This document shows, piece by piece, positions 37,299 to 49,869 of a stretch of DNA of 64,000 bases. Within the stretch, counting starts at the first letter, position 1, and the number at the start of each line of letters is the position of its first letter. The notes beneath the pieces were generated by a model. That model worked only from the letters and a program-made list of their open reading frames with translations. It was not told where the DNA came from and made no database searches. Origin of the DNA: Negaprion brevirostris. Lineage: Eukaryota. The stretch spans positions 19,314,694 to 19,378,693 of the forward strand of contig JARDVH010000097.1 of NCBI GenBank assembly GCA_030324005.1, in the 5' to 3' direction. A program made the translations under genes and the position numbers.

Positions 37299-38054
37299 CT
37301 GTGTAACAGGAATACCATCCTGAATGTGCTCCAAGCAATTCTTCATGTTATATATTTGTCTTCGTTAACTTCAACTTATGTTAGCATCGCATGTTGGGGA
37401 GGTCATGCTATACTCTGTGGGAAGTTGGTGCAGTGAGAGGTTTAGCAGGGGGTGTTCTGAATCTGTAGCCCAGGAGCCACATGTAGCCTATTAATCATTT
37501 CTATAACAGGGAGGAATATGTAGGAGATAAGCAAATACACAGGAGTCCAAAACAGTAAAAATGTGAAATGTCTGAAATTATTACCATAATTTACAATCAT
37601 GCTCATTGATTTAATTACTGAAAATATAACGATCAGTTTTGTCATTGGAATGCTCATTGCATTATGATGTTGTTCTTTAATTACAAGACTGTTGTTTGAT
37701 TAAACTACCTCACTTGTAAAAGTGAACATTATTCCTTTGCCCTTAGAATTAACTAAATGTAAAACCAGAATGGAAATGCCAGACTTGTGTTTGAGGGCTT
37801 CTGTTTATTGGAAATTTGACAGCACTGTTCCATAAAATGCAAGGTAGTATTTCTCACCCTATTCCCGCCCATTATAATACATTTCACATGAAAATCTTAG
37901 CTCCCTTTTGATCCTACTCCAAATTAGACATGCTCCTTTGCTAATTGCTGTCATTTAAGGTTGGGAAAGACAAGATCACCCAACTTAAATGGGTTTGAAG
38001 AATTGATCTAACTCTCCTCGTGGTGAAGGAATGACCAGAGAATGTTAATAAAAG

Positions 38055-38212
38055 CTAACTACTGTGGATGCTAGAAATCTGAAATAAAATCAGAAAATGC
38101 TAGATAAACTCAGTTCTGTAGAAGATTCACGTGGACTCAGAATGTTAACTGTTTCTCTCTCCATGGATGCTGCCAGACCTGCTGAATTTATCGAACGTTA
38201 TCTGTTTTTACA
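38055..38212. mobile_element. Penelope-like terminal foldback remnant
   Basis: actgtggatgctagaaatctgaaataaaatcagaaaatgc ... gatgctgccagacctgctgaattt; related pieces at 41485-41592 and 63452-63558. Confidence 0.6.
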
Positions 38213-39021
38213 CCTGAGAATACTTCTGTGCTTGAGGTGGTCTTTTTAACAAGTAGCTAGATAACAATAACCCAGATACTGTAAGGGACTGGGCATCTCT
38301 CCTCAGCAATGCACCTCTCCACTGAGGTACAAAGATGGATTCTCAAGTTTGAATACAGAAGATGAAATGAGATGATCCATTTTTTCAAGTGTATAAAAGT
38401 TTATTAAAGAGCTGAACATTCAATTCACTTTGGTACTTCAACATGAACAGTTCTAGGAAAAGTAAGCATATTCTTGTTGCTCATAAAGAATCCAAGTTTT
38501 AATGTTGTGAGAGATAGATATCCACCAATATTTAGAGTAATATGTATCTTACATCCATAAGTGGAAAGCTTTAGAGTCTAGAAAAATACCTCTATCTCTA
38601 TTCAGCGGAGGACTATTATCACTGCACTGCAGTAGACATTTCCTTGAGCCATGCGAGATTGAATCCAAAAATATTAAACATTTTACTGTGTGTTTCAAAT
38701 ATTTATACCATAAAAGGACTAAACCAGCTGGAAGCATACTAAACGTGCATGCTGGACAACATCCTTTGTTTACTCAGCATCTTTCATTTCAGTCAACATC
38801 CTCCAGGTTATCTAACATGAAGTTTGCTATCGTACAATTTGTCAATGCTTTGCTGAGGTGATCTATCAATTCCTGTTTTATCAGAAACTGCTTTGTTTTA
38901 GAAAGCATACCAATTCTACGCCACAGGGTGATGGTTTCTTGAGCACATAATTATGCCCAAACATGTTTATAAACTTTTTGAAGCTTTGTCCAACAGGTGC
39001 AGTCTGCTTTAAATTTTGATC

Positions 39022-39165
39022 CTGGCACGGTGGCACAGTGGTTCAAAGGCTAGGCGCCAGGGACCCCGATTTGATTCCTGGCTTGGGTCACTGTCTGCGT
39101 GGAGTTTGCGTGTTTTTCCTCATGTCTGCGTGGGTTTTCTTTGGGTGTTGTGGTTCTATGATTCA
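39022..39165 (+). mobile_element. Truncated V-SINE
   Basis: ggcacggtggcacagtggtt head and gtggagtttgcgtg core. Confidence 0.75.
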
Positions 39166-39804
39166 GAAGGGCCCTCTTTTCAAACTTATAATTTAATATT
39201 TATAGTTACATTCTTTCAAACATCACCATCTTCGTTAAAGTGATACTGGCGCATGCCTGTTTTAGGCAGAAGAATGGAATGGGAGGAAGTCAGGGGTTGA
39301 TGTAGTCTGTTTGCCCCAAAGGGGAAGAGGCACGAGAGCTTTAAGAAAGCAACATAAAGAACACTTGTCCACTTTTGGATCAGTCGCCACTCACCAACGA
39401 AATCCTAGCTATTGACCTTCTGTTCTTAATCAACCACAGTCCCTTTCAGTCATCAGGTACTATGATTGTGCCCATTGCCAACTGATTCTCATCATCAATC
39501 AGCGTCTTAACCATCTTGCTTCACTGCTAACACATTTGTCTCCATATACTTTTTGACAAACATAACCTTTCATAAAGAACAGCTTCCACTGATGGAGGAT
39601 TTTTAATACAGAGAAAAATTCCAAAGTGCTTTAGAATGGTTTTATAAAGTAAAAGCAAACAGTGAATACTGAGATTGAAAAGCCAATGTTAGAAAGGGGA
39701 ACCAAACGTTAAGGCAAAGTGATGTGGGAGAGATAAACAAAATATCCCATGGAAAGCAAGCCTTTAGAGCTGGGAATTTATTTGTTGTAGTGTATGAAAA
39801 TCCT

Positions 39805-40355
39805 TAGGGAAGATTATTTGGAATATTGCGAACAGTTTTGGGCCCCTTACCTAAGGAAGAAAGTGCTGGCCTTGGAGGGGGCCCAGAGGACATTCACAAG
39901 AATGATCCCAGGAATGAAGGATTTGTCATATCAGAAGCAGCTGAGGAGTCTGGGACTATACTCGATGGAGTTTAAAAGGATTAGAGAGGATCTAATTGAA
40001 ACTTACAGAATATTAAGAGATAGAGTGGATGTGGAGAGGATGTTTTCACTAATGGGAGAGATTAGAACTCGGGAGCACAACCTCAGAGTGAAGGGAGACT
40101 CCTTTAAACTGAGGAATTTCTTCAGCCAGAGGCTGGTGAATCTTTGGAACTCATTGCTAAGAAGGCTGTGGAAGCCTGATCATTGAGAGTCTTCAAGACA
40201 GAGACAGATAGGTTCTTGATCAATAAGGGGATCAAGGGGTTCAGGGAGAAGGCAGGAGAATGGGGGTGAGAATTGTATCAGCTATGATTGGATGGCAGAG
40301 CAGACTCAATGGGTTGAATGGCTTCATTTTGCTCCTCTATCTTATGGTCTCATAC
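39805..40355 (+). mobile_element. CR1 LINE 3' end
   Basis: LEYCEQFWAPYLRKKVLALEGAQRTFTRMIPGM...DLIETYRIL...FFSQRLVNLWNSL. Confidence 0.92.
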
Positions 40356-41924
40356 AATAAACAAGAATACTTGCAGATGTTAGAATCTAAAACAAAAACA
40401 AAAATTTCTTTTGGGCTCCACTGGAGGATTGCAGCAGGCTAAGGATAGTTATGTGAGCATGAGAGCAAGGTGCTGACTTAAAATGGCACATAACAGGAAG
40501 GTTGTGGGTCATGCTTCCAGGCTGCCCGAAGGTGTTCCACTGCATTTAAGCTCCGTAATGTAGGGGAGATTGCATTGGTCAGATATCAGACCCTACTATT
40601 CTTACCCAAGCTGGTAACACTGACTTCAAATGCACGGCAATGTGATTGAGTCTTTCAACTGCCCTTTGAAATTACCTAGCAAGCCAATCAGTTATAAGAG
40701 ATGGACAATAAATTTTGATTTGAGCTGAAATGCCAACCTCCCATTAGTGAATAAAAAATAAATTCAGAAAACCCTCTTATGGACAGACTATTCTGGGAAA
40801 AGCAACACTGACGCAAAACTTAACCTCTTGAAACTGTCTGAAGTCATGAATATGAAGATGTTCAATTATCAGCCACAGCCCATTGTCGCGCAAGGTCATG
40901 TGTTTTAGCACCCAGACATGTCATTCCACCCGTCATCTGCCAGAATCCTCTTGAGGAAGGGATAAAATCCAACATCAGGGAAAATAATATTGGAAACAAC
41001 AGCAGAAACTGCTAGAGAAAGGTTATTTGNNNNNNNNNNNNNNNNNNNNNNNNNNNNNNNNNNNNNNNNNNNNNNNNNNNNNNNNNNNNNNNNNNNNNNN
41101 NNNNNNNNNNNNNNNNNNNNNNNNNNNNNATGGGGAGGTCTGCAATGCTTGGGTCAGGAGGAGGTGTTTAGTGAGAGGCTAGCGATGTCTGGTGGTTGGG
41201 GAGGAGGAGGGGGAGGGGGTTGGTGGTGAGAGGCTAGTAATTTCAATGCTGGGAGGATGTGTGTAGCGATCTCCACACACCTGCGTGGAAGCCCACTCAG
41301 CTCGCTGATTTCAAGTTCTGCAGCGGGAATGGACCCCACCCTGCATTTTTCAGAGTGATTCACACTCGGCGGTGCGCAGGGTGTGAGAAGTTCATTTTGA
41401 AAATCCCGTCAAAAATATTGGCAGGAATTACTCAAGTTTTCAAACAAAATCGACGCTTCGAATTTTTTGGGGAGAATCCCGGCCGTTAACTTTGTTTTTC
41501 TCCACAGACTCTGCCAGACCTGCTGGATTTTTCCAGCATTTTCTGTTTTTTTTTAATTTCAGATTTCCAGCATCTGCAATATTTTGCTTTTAAATTAGAT
41601 GTTAGCCCAGATTTGTTGATACTTTAAGCACAGAGAATGCATTCCCCACACATTCACACATGCAGTGTCAGTGGCTATGATTTCACTGTGAGCGGTAATG
41701 AGAGAGGCTTGCATAAAAGAAGGTGGAGACCAAATACACACAGGAGAAGAAGGCCCCTGGAAGAAACTTAGATAATATCCTTTCTGTGCAAAGTTTGAAA
41801 AAGAGTGGAAAGACACAACACTCTTCCATACTCTACTACTGTTGCCACTTCATGTTACACTCAAAGCACCTTCTTCCACCCTCCACACTACATCCCCTCT
41901 CAATCCTCTCACAACTTTCAACAT

Positions 41925-42330
41925 GATCCCCTCACAGCTCTCCTCCCACTCCCCTCATAGCTTTGCCTCCACTCCCTCACAATTCCCGTCCCACTCCCTC
42001 ATAGTTCTACCTCCACTTCCTCACAGCACTCCCTCCCACTCCCGTCATAGCTTTGCCTCCACCCCCTCACAGCACCTTCTCCCACTCCCTCATAGTTCTA
42101 CCTCCACTCCCCTCACAGCACCCCCTCCCACTCCCTCATAGTCCTACCTCCACTCCCTTACAGCATCCTCTCCCACTCCCCTCATAGCTCTGCCTCCGCT
42201 CTCTTCACAGCACTCCTCCCACTCCCCTCATAGCTCTACCTCCACTCCCTTCACAGCACTCTCTCCCACTCCTCTCATAGCTCTGCCTCCACTCCCCTCA
42301 CAGCTCCTCCTCCCATACCCACACCACCTC
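41925..42330. repeat. ~40 bp C/T-rich minisatellite
   Basis: About 9 imperfect units of ctcccactcccctcatagctctgcctccactccctcacagca. Confidence 0.9.
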
Positions 42331-43275
42331 CCCTCTCATTCCCCTCATTAGTCCCCCTCCAACCTTCTCACAACTACCCTTCCTGATCTGCTTGCACTTC
42401 CTATGCCACTTCACCGCCTGCTTCCTTCGCCACTCCCCTTCCATTAACTGCTTCCCTTCCCAGCCCCCTTATGCTCCCTTCACTCCTGTATCATGCCATT
42501 TTACTTCCCACTCCCCTCACAATTTCTTCTCCCGCTCCTTCTGTAGTTTCTCTCTGTTCTCCTTCTGCTTTTTCCCATTCATTTTGCATCTTCTCCTCTC
42601 TCCCTTCAATTCTGCCCCGTTCCTTTCCTCCTGCTCCTTTTATCACTTGTCTCCACTTCCCTCAACTTCCCTCAACTTCCTTTGCCGCAGGAAGAGAAAC
42701 AATGAAGGCAATAGGGACAGAAGGTGAAGGAGCAGGAAGGAGTGGGGAAAGGCAGAGGGAAGTGGCTGAGAGAAGCACAAAAGGAATGGGAAGGGCTAGT
42801 GAGGGGAGCAAGTGGGAATGGAAAGCTGAGTGAGAAGAGAAGCAATGAGGGGAGCATGGAGAGAGAGGCAATAAGAGTGGACGGAGGTTGTGAGGGGAGC
42901 AGGAGGGGAATTTGCAAAGTGAGCAAAACAGGAAGCAGTGAGGCGAATGGGAGTGGGTAAGTGTGCTATATTTTTCCACTGCTTTTCAGATGTTACACAA
43001 AATGCAATGGCATAACAATGTTTATTGACATGCTCGTGCTGGATGGCATCACCATGTGCCTGCACAGAATGGATACTGACAAAGGCATTCCTGATGATTT
43101 TGCCACTCAAGTTTGCACATACATCAACTCTGCTTTGCAATGTTGGCAGGAGTTACAGTGTTAAAGTTACATGACAGGGAATGAATACCAGAAGAAAATA
43201 GATTGTAGAATCATACATCACAGAAAAGCAAAACAACATATAATGTTTGACTTTTGATAATAGTATAAAACATAC

Positions 43276-43385
43276 GATATCGACTTGGTCACCCTTCAAA
43301 TATATCTTCCCACTATCATTTTCATTGACATCAACCAGAGACAAGTCTAACTTTGTGTATTTTACATCATCACGCACTGTCAAAC
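43276..43385 (-). other. Candidate isolated coding exon, product unknown
   Basis: ttttcatggcag acceptor, GTATGT donor, 110 nt stop-free: (G)LTVRDDVKYTKLDLSLVDVNENDSGKIYLKGDQVDI. Confidence 0.3.
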
Positions 43386-43999
43386 CTGCCATGAAAATTC
43401 ACTTTTCCTGCATAGAATAGTAATCATATCATAGAAGATATCCTCAGGAGTTACAACTTCTGTACTTATCTTCTGAACAGTAAAGCTATAAAATGAGGCA
43501 ACTGACCTTGTTTGTATAAGTGTCACTGTCCTTCAGGCAGGCAATTGCTTTTGTTCCCATCCTATTCTGATTCATTTTTACCTCACTTGGTCTTATTTTC
43601 TTTTGCTACAACATGTGAAAAGGCCAGTGTTGGTGGAATTATATAACGTGGGCCTCCAGGAACAAGGGAAAATTGTTTATTATTGTTTTCCCCATTAGCA
43701 GAGGCGACACATCGCTTGCCCCGAAATTGAATCATTTATAATTGAACCCAATCTTAATTGTTCTGCCAAAAGTTCTGACTACTGTTGGGAAGGGTTTGGC
43801 CAGAAGTGGAGTTTGTCTCTGGAAGAGCATCAGAAAACTCTGTTGGATAGAACTAATTGTTCTGTTTTATCCTAAAATTTTCCTATCGTGGACATTCATA
43901 TTTTTCTACCCCTTTTATATAAATAGACTCAAATTCATTCATTATGTTCCATTGGTATCAAGAATTATGCAGTTCATTCAAATTTGCCTCCAACTTGAT

Positions 44000-44825
44000 T
44001 TTCAAGTCTGCAGATGACATCACTGTAGTGGGTCGAATCTTAAACAATGACGAGACAGAGTACAGGAATGAAATAGAGAATCTGGTGAACTGGTGCGGCG
44101 ACAATAATTTCTCCCTCGATGCCAACAAAATGTAGGAGATTGTCATTGGCTTCAGGAAGTGTATAGGAATGAAGTAGAAATGGTTGAAAGCTTCAAGTTT
44201 TAAATATCCGGATCACCAACAACTTGTCTTCGTCCCCCCCCATGCTGACACTATAGTTAGGAAAGCCCACCAATATCTTTACTTTTTCAGAAGACTGAGG
44301 AAATTTGGCATGTCAGCTATAACTCTCACCAACTTTTACAGATGCACTATAGGAAACATTCTTACTGGTTGTATCACAGTTTGGTGTGGCTCCTGCTTTG
44401 CCCAAGACTGCAAGAAACTACAAAAGGTTGTGAATATATCCCAATCCATCACGCAAACCAGCCTCCCTTCCACTAAGCAACACTGTTAACACTTCCTGCT
44501 GCCTCGGAAATTACAGAGCCCACACACCCCGGACATACTCTCTTCCACCTTCTTCCATCGGGAAAAAGATACAAAAGTCTGAGGTCATGTACCAACCGAC
44601 TTAAGAACAGTTTCTTCCCTGCTGCCAGCAGACTTTTGAATGGACTTACCTTTCATTAAGTTGGTCTTTCTCTACACCCTAGCTATGACTGTAATACTAC
44701 ATTCTGCATTCTCTTGTTCCCTTCTCTATCAATGGTATGTTTTGTCTGTGTAGCACACAAGAAACAATACTTTTCACTGTATACTAATACGTGTGACAAT
44801 AATATATCAAGTCAAATCAAATCAA
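44000..44825 (+). mobile_element. Rex1/Babar-type LINE 3' end
   Basis: KSADDITVVGRILNNDETEYRNEIENLVNWCGDNN; KAHQYLYFFRRLRKFGMS...NFYRCTI; (aatca)n tail. Confidence 0.9.
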
Positions 44826-45504
44826 GGAGTTACAATGTAAACATTGCATGGCAGGAAATTAATACCATTGCAAGGTAGATTGTACAATNNNNNNNNNNNN
44901 NGTGAGGAAAAAACAGATCATGCTTTGACTTTAGAGAATAGAATAAAACATGACTTTGTCACCCTTCAAATACACACATTGTAGATTCGTTCTCGAAATC
45001 CCAGTTTGCAGCTCTCATTTCCTCACTAAACTTGATTGTCTCTTATTTACTGGAATTGACTCCAGTGCATATCCCAGAATATGATCTGCAATCCATTTCC
45101 ATCTATCTGAGTAGCACACACTAAATGATCGTCTGGCTGATTAATTGTCATAATGAATCAGTGCGTGTCTACTGTCGTCTGTCCTTTAATGGAAGAAGTA
45201 CATTACTTTCCAACACATTAGTTCAAAGTCACGCAAGATAATCTTGCTGGAACAATGTTGGATGGCTACGATGAAAATGTTCCCCACATAATTTCCACTG
45301 AGTGATGACATTCATTGGCAGGTTACAATACAAGTGAGCACTTCCTTTCAGTGCAATTGTTCATTTCAGTCATATTTTATTGCGATGGTGAATTGTTGTT
45401 CAGTTCTTTTAACTGAGTAACTTCAATAAAACTGACAGATTTTCCTTTGAAGGGTTTACTTATACCAACTACAGTAGCCTGAAGCAGAAACAGCATGATA
45501 CCTT

Positions 45505-45750
45505 GTCCAAACAATACTCTTGACACTTTGTTCCAGTATCTGTTACCAAAGCCGCGCGCTGGAGAATGTTCTTTTTTAATCACCCTTACCTTTTCTAACT
45601 CTGAAAGGTGACCAAGGAATATTTTTAAGGCAGAGCTAGATAGCTTCTTGGTTAACAAGGCAGGGTGAAAGAGGTAGGCAGGAATGTGGGGTTGCAAGAG
45701 CCATGATCTTACAGTGGAGCAGGCTTGAGGAACGACTTAGTCCCACATTG
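45505..45750 (+). mobile_element. CR1 LINE 3' remnant
   Basis: aatatttttaaggcagagctagatagcttcttgg...ggagcaggcttgagg matches a CR1 3' end. Confidence 0.6.
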
Positions 45751-47659
45751 TATGTTCGCATGTTGGACTACATGGGCTGAATATTTGCCCCAATATAATG
45801 GTAAATACAAAAGTGGCATGTGTGAAAATTCATGTCACTGGCTAGCATGTCAGTCTGCCATCCTTCCTTCCTGGGTGGGGATCAGAAAAATTACCCACCC
45901 TCAAGTGGCAAGAAGTCAATTGAGGTAAGATAGTGGTTTATTAAGGACAGTTGTCAGAGGCCAACCAAAATTTTCCAGTCTACTGTGGCCTAATTAACCA
46001 AGGAATTGACAATGAGGCCAACTGTGGGAGGTGACCTCCTGGTGTCAGATGGGGGTGCAAGTACCAGGGTTTTGAGGCTCTCCCTGATTGCCTGGACATA
46101 TCTGTGGCTGCAAGCCACTCTGTGGAGGAACTTCTCCTCCATGATGTCAGTTCAGCTGCTGAGGCCATTTCTTTTTGTAGCAGGGACACCTCACATTGGA
46201 GGTGTCCTCTTTTTCTCTCTCTTGCTCCCTTCCGTGAACTGTGATCTGCTTCTCATTCCATGCTGAGTAGCGTCCTAATGGCTCTCCAGTTTTATGAGCC
46301 AGACACAGGCCTGGCCCACAACCATTTATTAACCAATTCAAGGAAAATTATTGCGGGCTGATTGTTTCTCAGACCTGTTGGGGAGGATTATGACACCCAT
46401 TTGACATCTTAGCAAAAAATTCTAAGCGCTGAATGAGTATGAAAATGGGAGAGAATTGCACCAAATTTCTGGGCAGGTTCCCAGCTGCGATAGTATGACA
46501 TTTAGAAAAAAAGAGAGCCCTGATGTGATTATTTGGTCTCCCAGTGTACTTTGTACACACAATGTACACGATGTACTGGAAGATCTGTCCACCTCCCCAG
46601 ATGAACATCATCATCCTGAGTTTTGCCGATCTCCATCTCCCTGATCACTGCCCAGGCTGATCCCAATCTCCACCCCCACAGTCGCTGCCCCGGCCAATCC
46701 CCCTACACCCCTGATGCAGAGTCCGCCCACGTCCCTCCCCCCCACTAGGGAACTCCCCACCTGTCTCTCCCATCATGGCTGTCCCTCCATCATGGGCCAG
46801 CTCCCTCGAGCCTAGCATCCTCTCAGGCCATGTTTCTTTAGGTTCTGTCCCATCAGCCCCGTCCCCTTGGTGCCAGGTGGGTAGTGTCAAAGTGCCAATC
46901 TGGTAATGCCAGAGTGGTTCTAGAGGTGATAGCTCCTATTTATAAAATGGCAGTTTATATTGGAACTGTTCAACAGGAGGGAGAAAACAGTGGCTATGGC
47001 ATTGATGCTAAAAGGTTACCACCTACTTTCCACCTCCTCTGCTACTTCCACTCTGACTGTAGTCAATGATTTGATGTATTTTTTTGTGACCTACCTAGGA
47101 TGGGGACTACTTTTGTATACAATTTAAAACTTAGGAAGGTTTTTAGAAATNNNNNNNNNNNNNNNNNNNNNNNNNNNNNNNNNNNNNNNNNNNNNNNNNN
47201 NNNNNNNNNNNNNNNNNNNNNNNNNNNNNNNNNNNNNNNNNNNNNNNNNNATTGGTGGGGACCATACGTGACCCTTGCCTCTGAGGACCTCAACCAATGA
47301 GTAGGATAAGCCAATAGCTTCTGGGACTCACTAATTACATTAACTTAGCTAATGCATATGAAATCAAGAGCTTGAAGCTGATTTTGCTGGCAAAACAGAG
47401 CCAGCAAGATCGTGAGAGGTGGGAAAATGGGCACGAATGTGATTTTTCGCTGCCTGGCCAATCTTACTGGCTCATCACAGTGAGATGGGCCACTAAGATC
47501 GTCCCTTTAAGGGTCTCAACGCAAAATCCTGATCCTGCCCTTAATTTCTGAGAATTTGGAATCTGGCTAGACATTAAAGGTGAAATTCACCTTAGCAGGA
47601 GTCACTGGAAACAAAATTCAGGCATGTGTTACATAGTTACTTGATTGTCTCATGCCTGC

Positions 47660-47900
47660 TTGTCAATTTATTCTTATATAGTGCCTTTAGCACAATGAAA
47701 TATCCAAAGATGCTACACAGAGGCATTATGAACAAAAATGGCACCAGATTACACAAGTAGATATTAGAGCAGGTGTCCAACAACCCAGACAAAGAGCTTG
47801 GTTTTAAGAAGTGCCGTCAAGGAAGAAAGCAAGATAGAGAGGCAGAAATCCAGAACTTCAAACCAGAGTAGTTGAAAGTATGGTCTGCTTCCTTCATATC
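47660..47900 (-). mobile_element. L2-type 3' end remnant
   Basis: tatatagtgcctttagcac..aaatatccaaagatgctacacag start; a similar remnant lies at 39595-39780. Confidence 0.45.
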
Positions 47901-49074
47901 CATACAGTCAAGTGTATCTGTGCACATGTGCAAAGCACACCCATGCTTGTGTACACCAGTAAGGTCCTTAAGGAAGTGAGGCCCGCTTTGCTGACTTCCA
48001 AACAACTATTTTCAATTCCAACACTTATTCTTATTGAAGTCTCTGATCTACTGGTGATACCGTGCCCTCACAACAACACAAAAGGAATTTCTGTTCTATC
48101 ATTCCTTCAGGGACAGAGCAAGGTTTTACGAACTGTGTCCCTCAAATCACAAAGCACAGACATTGTTTTTTTCTCTCCTACAACACCTAGATCTGGAAAT
48201 GATCTTTGGATGCCAGTGGAATGAAGTATGCCCACTGCTATGATGGCTGTAGTCTAAGGACCAACTACTGAAAAGTGGGATTTAAATGAGCGGCTAGTTA
48301 TTTTCTCTCTCTAATTGGGCTGGTGTAGACATGATTGGATGAATGGCCTCAATCTACATCATCTCTTTTCTGTGGTTCTGTGGTTCATGTACGGGCCCCA
48401 CCATTGGGTTTTAGGTCAGACATGATCCTGGATCCCTGAAGATCTAGGAATGACTCCTGCTTCTGTGGGATAGAATAAGACTGTGGTTTGCCCCTAAAAT
48501 ACTGCTTGTGTCTGCCTGCCCCATGCAAATAGATTTTGCTCTGGTGGAGTATGTGCTGGAGCCAATTTTCGAGTGTAATTGTAGCATAACCTTCAGAATT
48601 GGGATGGAAGTAACTTCAGACTATACACATTTAGGAATCAGTGTCGACTTAAAATTCCGCTTTTGAGGAAACCTGCTTTTCTCCACAGTTAATGACCCAC
48701 TCTCCTGTTTTCAATAAAAGTGGAATCAATCTTTTGAAATATTGTAAGTGTTGGGTTGATTACCTAATGCCCACATTACATATTACTGTGCAACAAGATG
48801 TGGAAAAACAGCAGCATACATGAGATAGAGACAACAAAGAACAAAAATAGTTACAGCATTAGAAGTGACAGAGTAATCAGGGAGGGTGCGATTTTGTGAC
48901 TCCATCATGAGTAGGCATTGTTGCAGGGTGGACGAGAAAATTTGAAGTGTCATCAAAAGTCAACAGTTCTCCAAATGCTGTCATTGGTGTCAGACATGGA
49001 AAACTGGCTCAGTGAGTCTGAACTGATTGTAATGTGATATTAATCTGGATTCTTGATATATCATTAATATAATA

Positions 49075-49253
49075 TAGAAACATATAAAAAAGAAGCAGGA
49101 ATAGGTCCTTTGGCCTTTTGAGCCTGCTCTACCATTCATTTTGATCAAGGCTGATCATTAAATTCAATATCCTAACACTCTCCCTCCCCTTTTCCCCATT
49201 ACCCCTTGATCCCTTTAACTCTAAGAGCTATATCTAATTTTTTTCTTGAAATC
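49075..49253 (-). mobile_element. CR1 LINE 3' tail running into gap
   Basis: tagaaacat..gaagcaggaatagg..tttgagcctgctctaccattc; KLDIALRVKGIKG on -. Confidence 0.75.
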
Positions 49254-49869
49254 NNNNNNNNNNNNNNNNNNNNNNNNNNNNNNNNNNNNNNNNNNNNNNN
49301 NNNNNNNNNNNNNNNNNNNNNNNNNNNNNNNNNNNNNNNNNNNNNNNNNNNNNNNNNNNNNNNNNNNNNNNNNNNNNNNNNNNNNNNNNNNNNNNNNNNN
49401 NNNNNNNNNNNNNNNNNNNNNNNNNNNNNNNNNNNNNNNNNNNNNNNNNNNNNNNNNNNNNNNNNNNNNNNNNNNNNNNNNNNNNNNNNNNNNNNNNNNN
49501 NNNNNNNNNNNNNNNNNNNNNNNNNNNNNNNNNNNNNNNNNNNNNNNNNNNNNNNNNNNNNNNNNNNNNNGGGAAACCCAATTTTACACAAGGGCATCAG
49601 CAGGCATTCAGAGTATTATTTGCAAATACAAAGGCCTCCGGGCTGTTTCAGGAATGGCCTTTGATGCCTTGATTTCTTTCTATCAATATTGCACATTGTG
49701 AAAATTTAATTCGGAATGATCATGGACCTCCCCACCTGCCATACTGGGGACTTTGCTGCCTGTTTATTTCTGGATAAAGGAGTTTGTGCCATTGGATTTG
49801 TGAACCTGAGCGTAAAGAGAAAGATAGACAGTACAAGAGTTTGAATGTTGAAATGGAAAGACAACTGGG

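Noticed and set aside
38280-38740. Astacin-like scraps on - or a Penelope RT remnant on +
   Set aside because: Both readings need several frameshifts; cannot be distinguished from chance by eye.
41842-42979. Pro/Ser/Leu-rich ORFs of 100-120 aa
   Set aside because: By-products of low-complexity minisatellite sequence.
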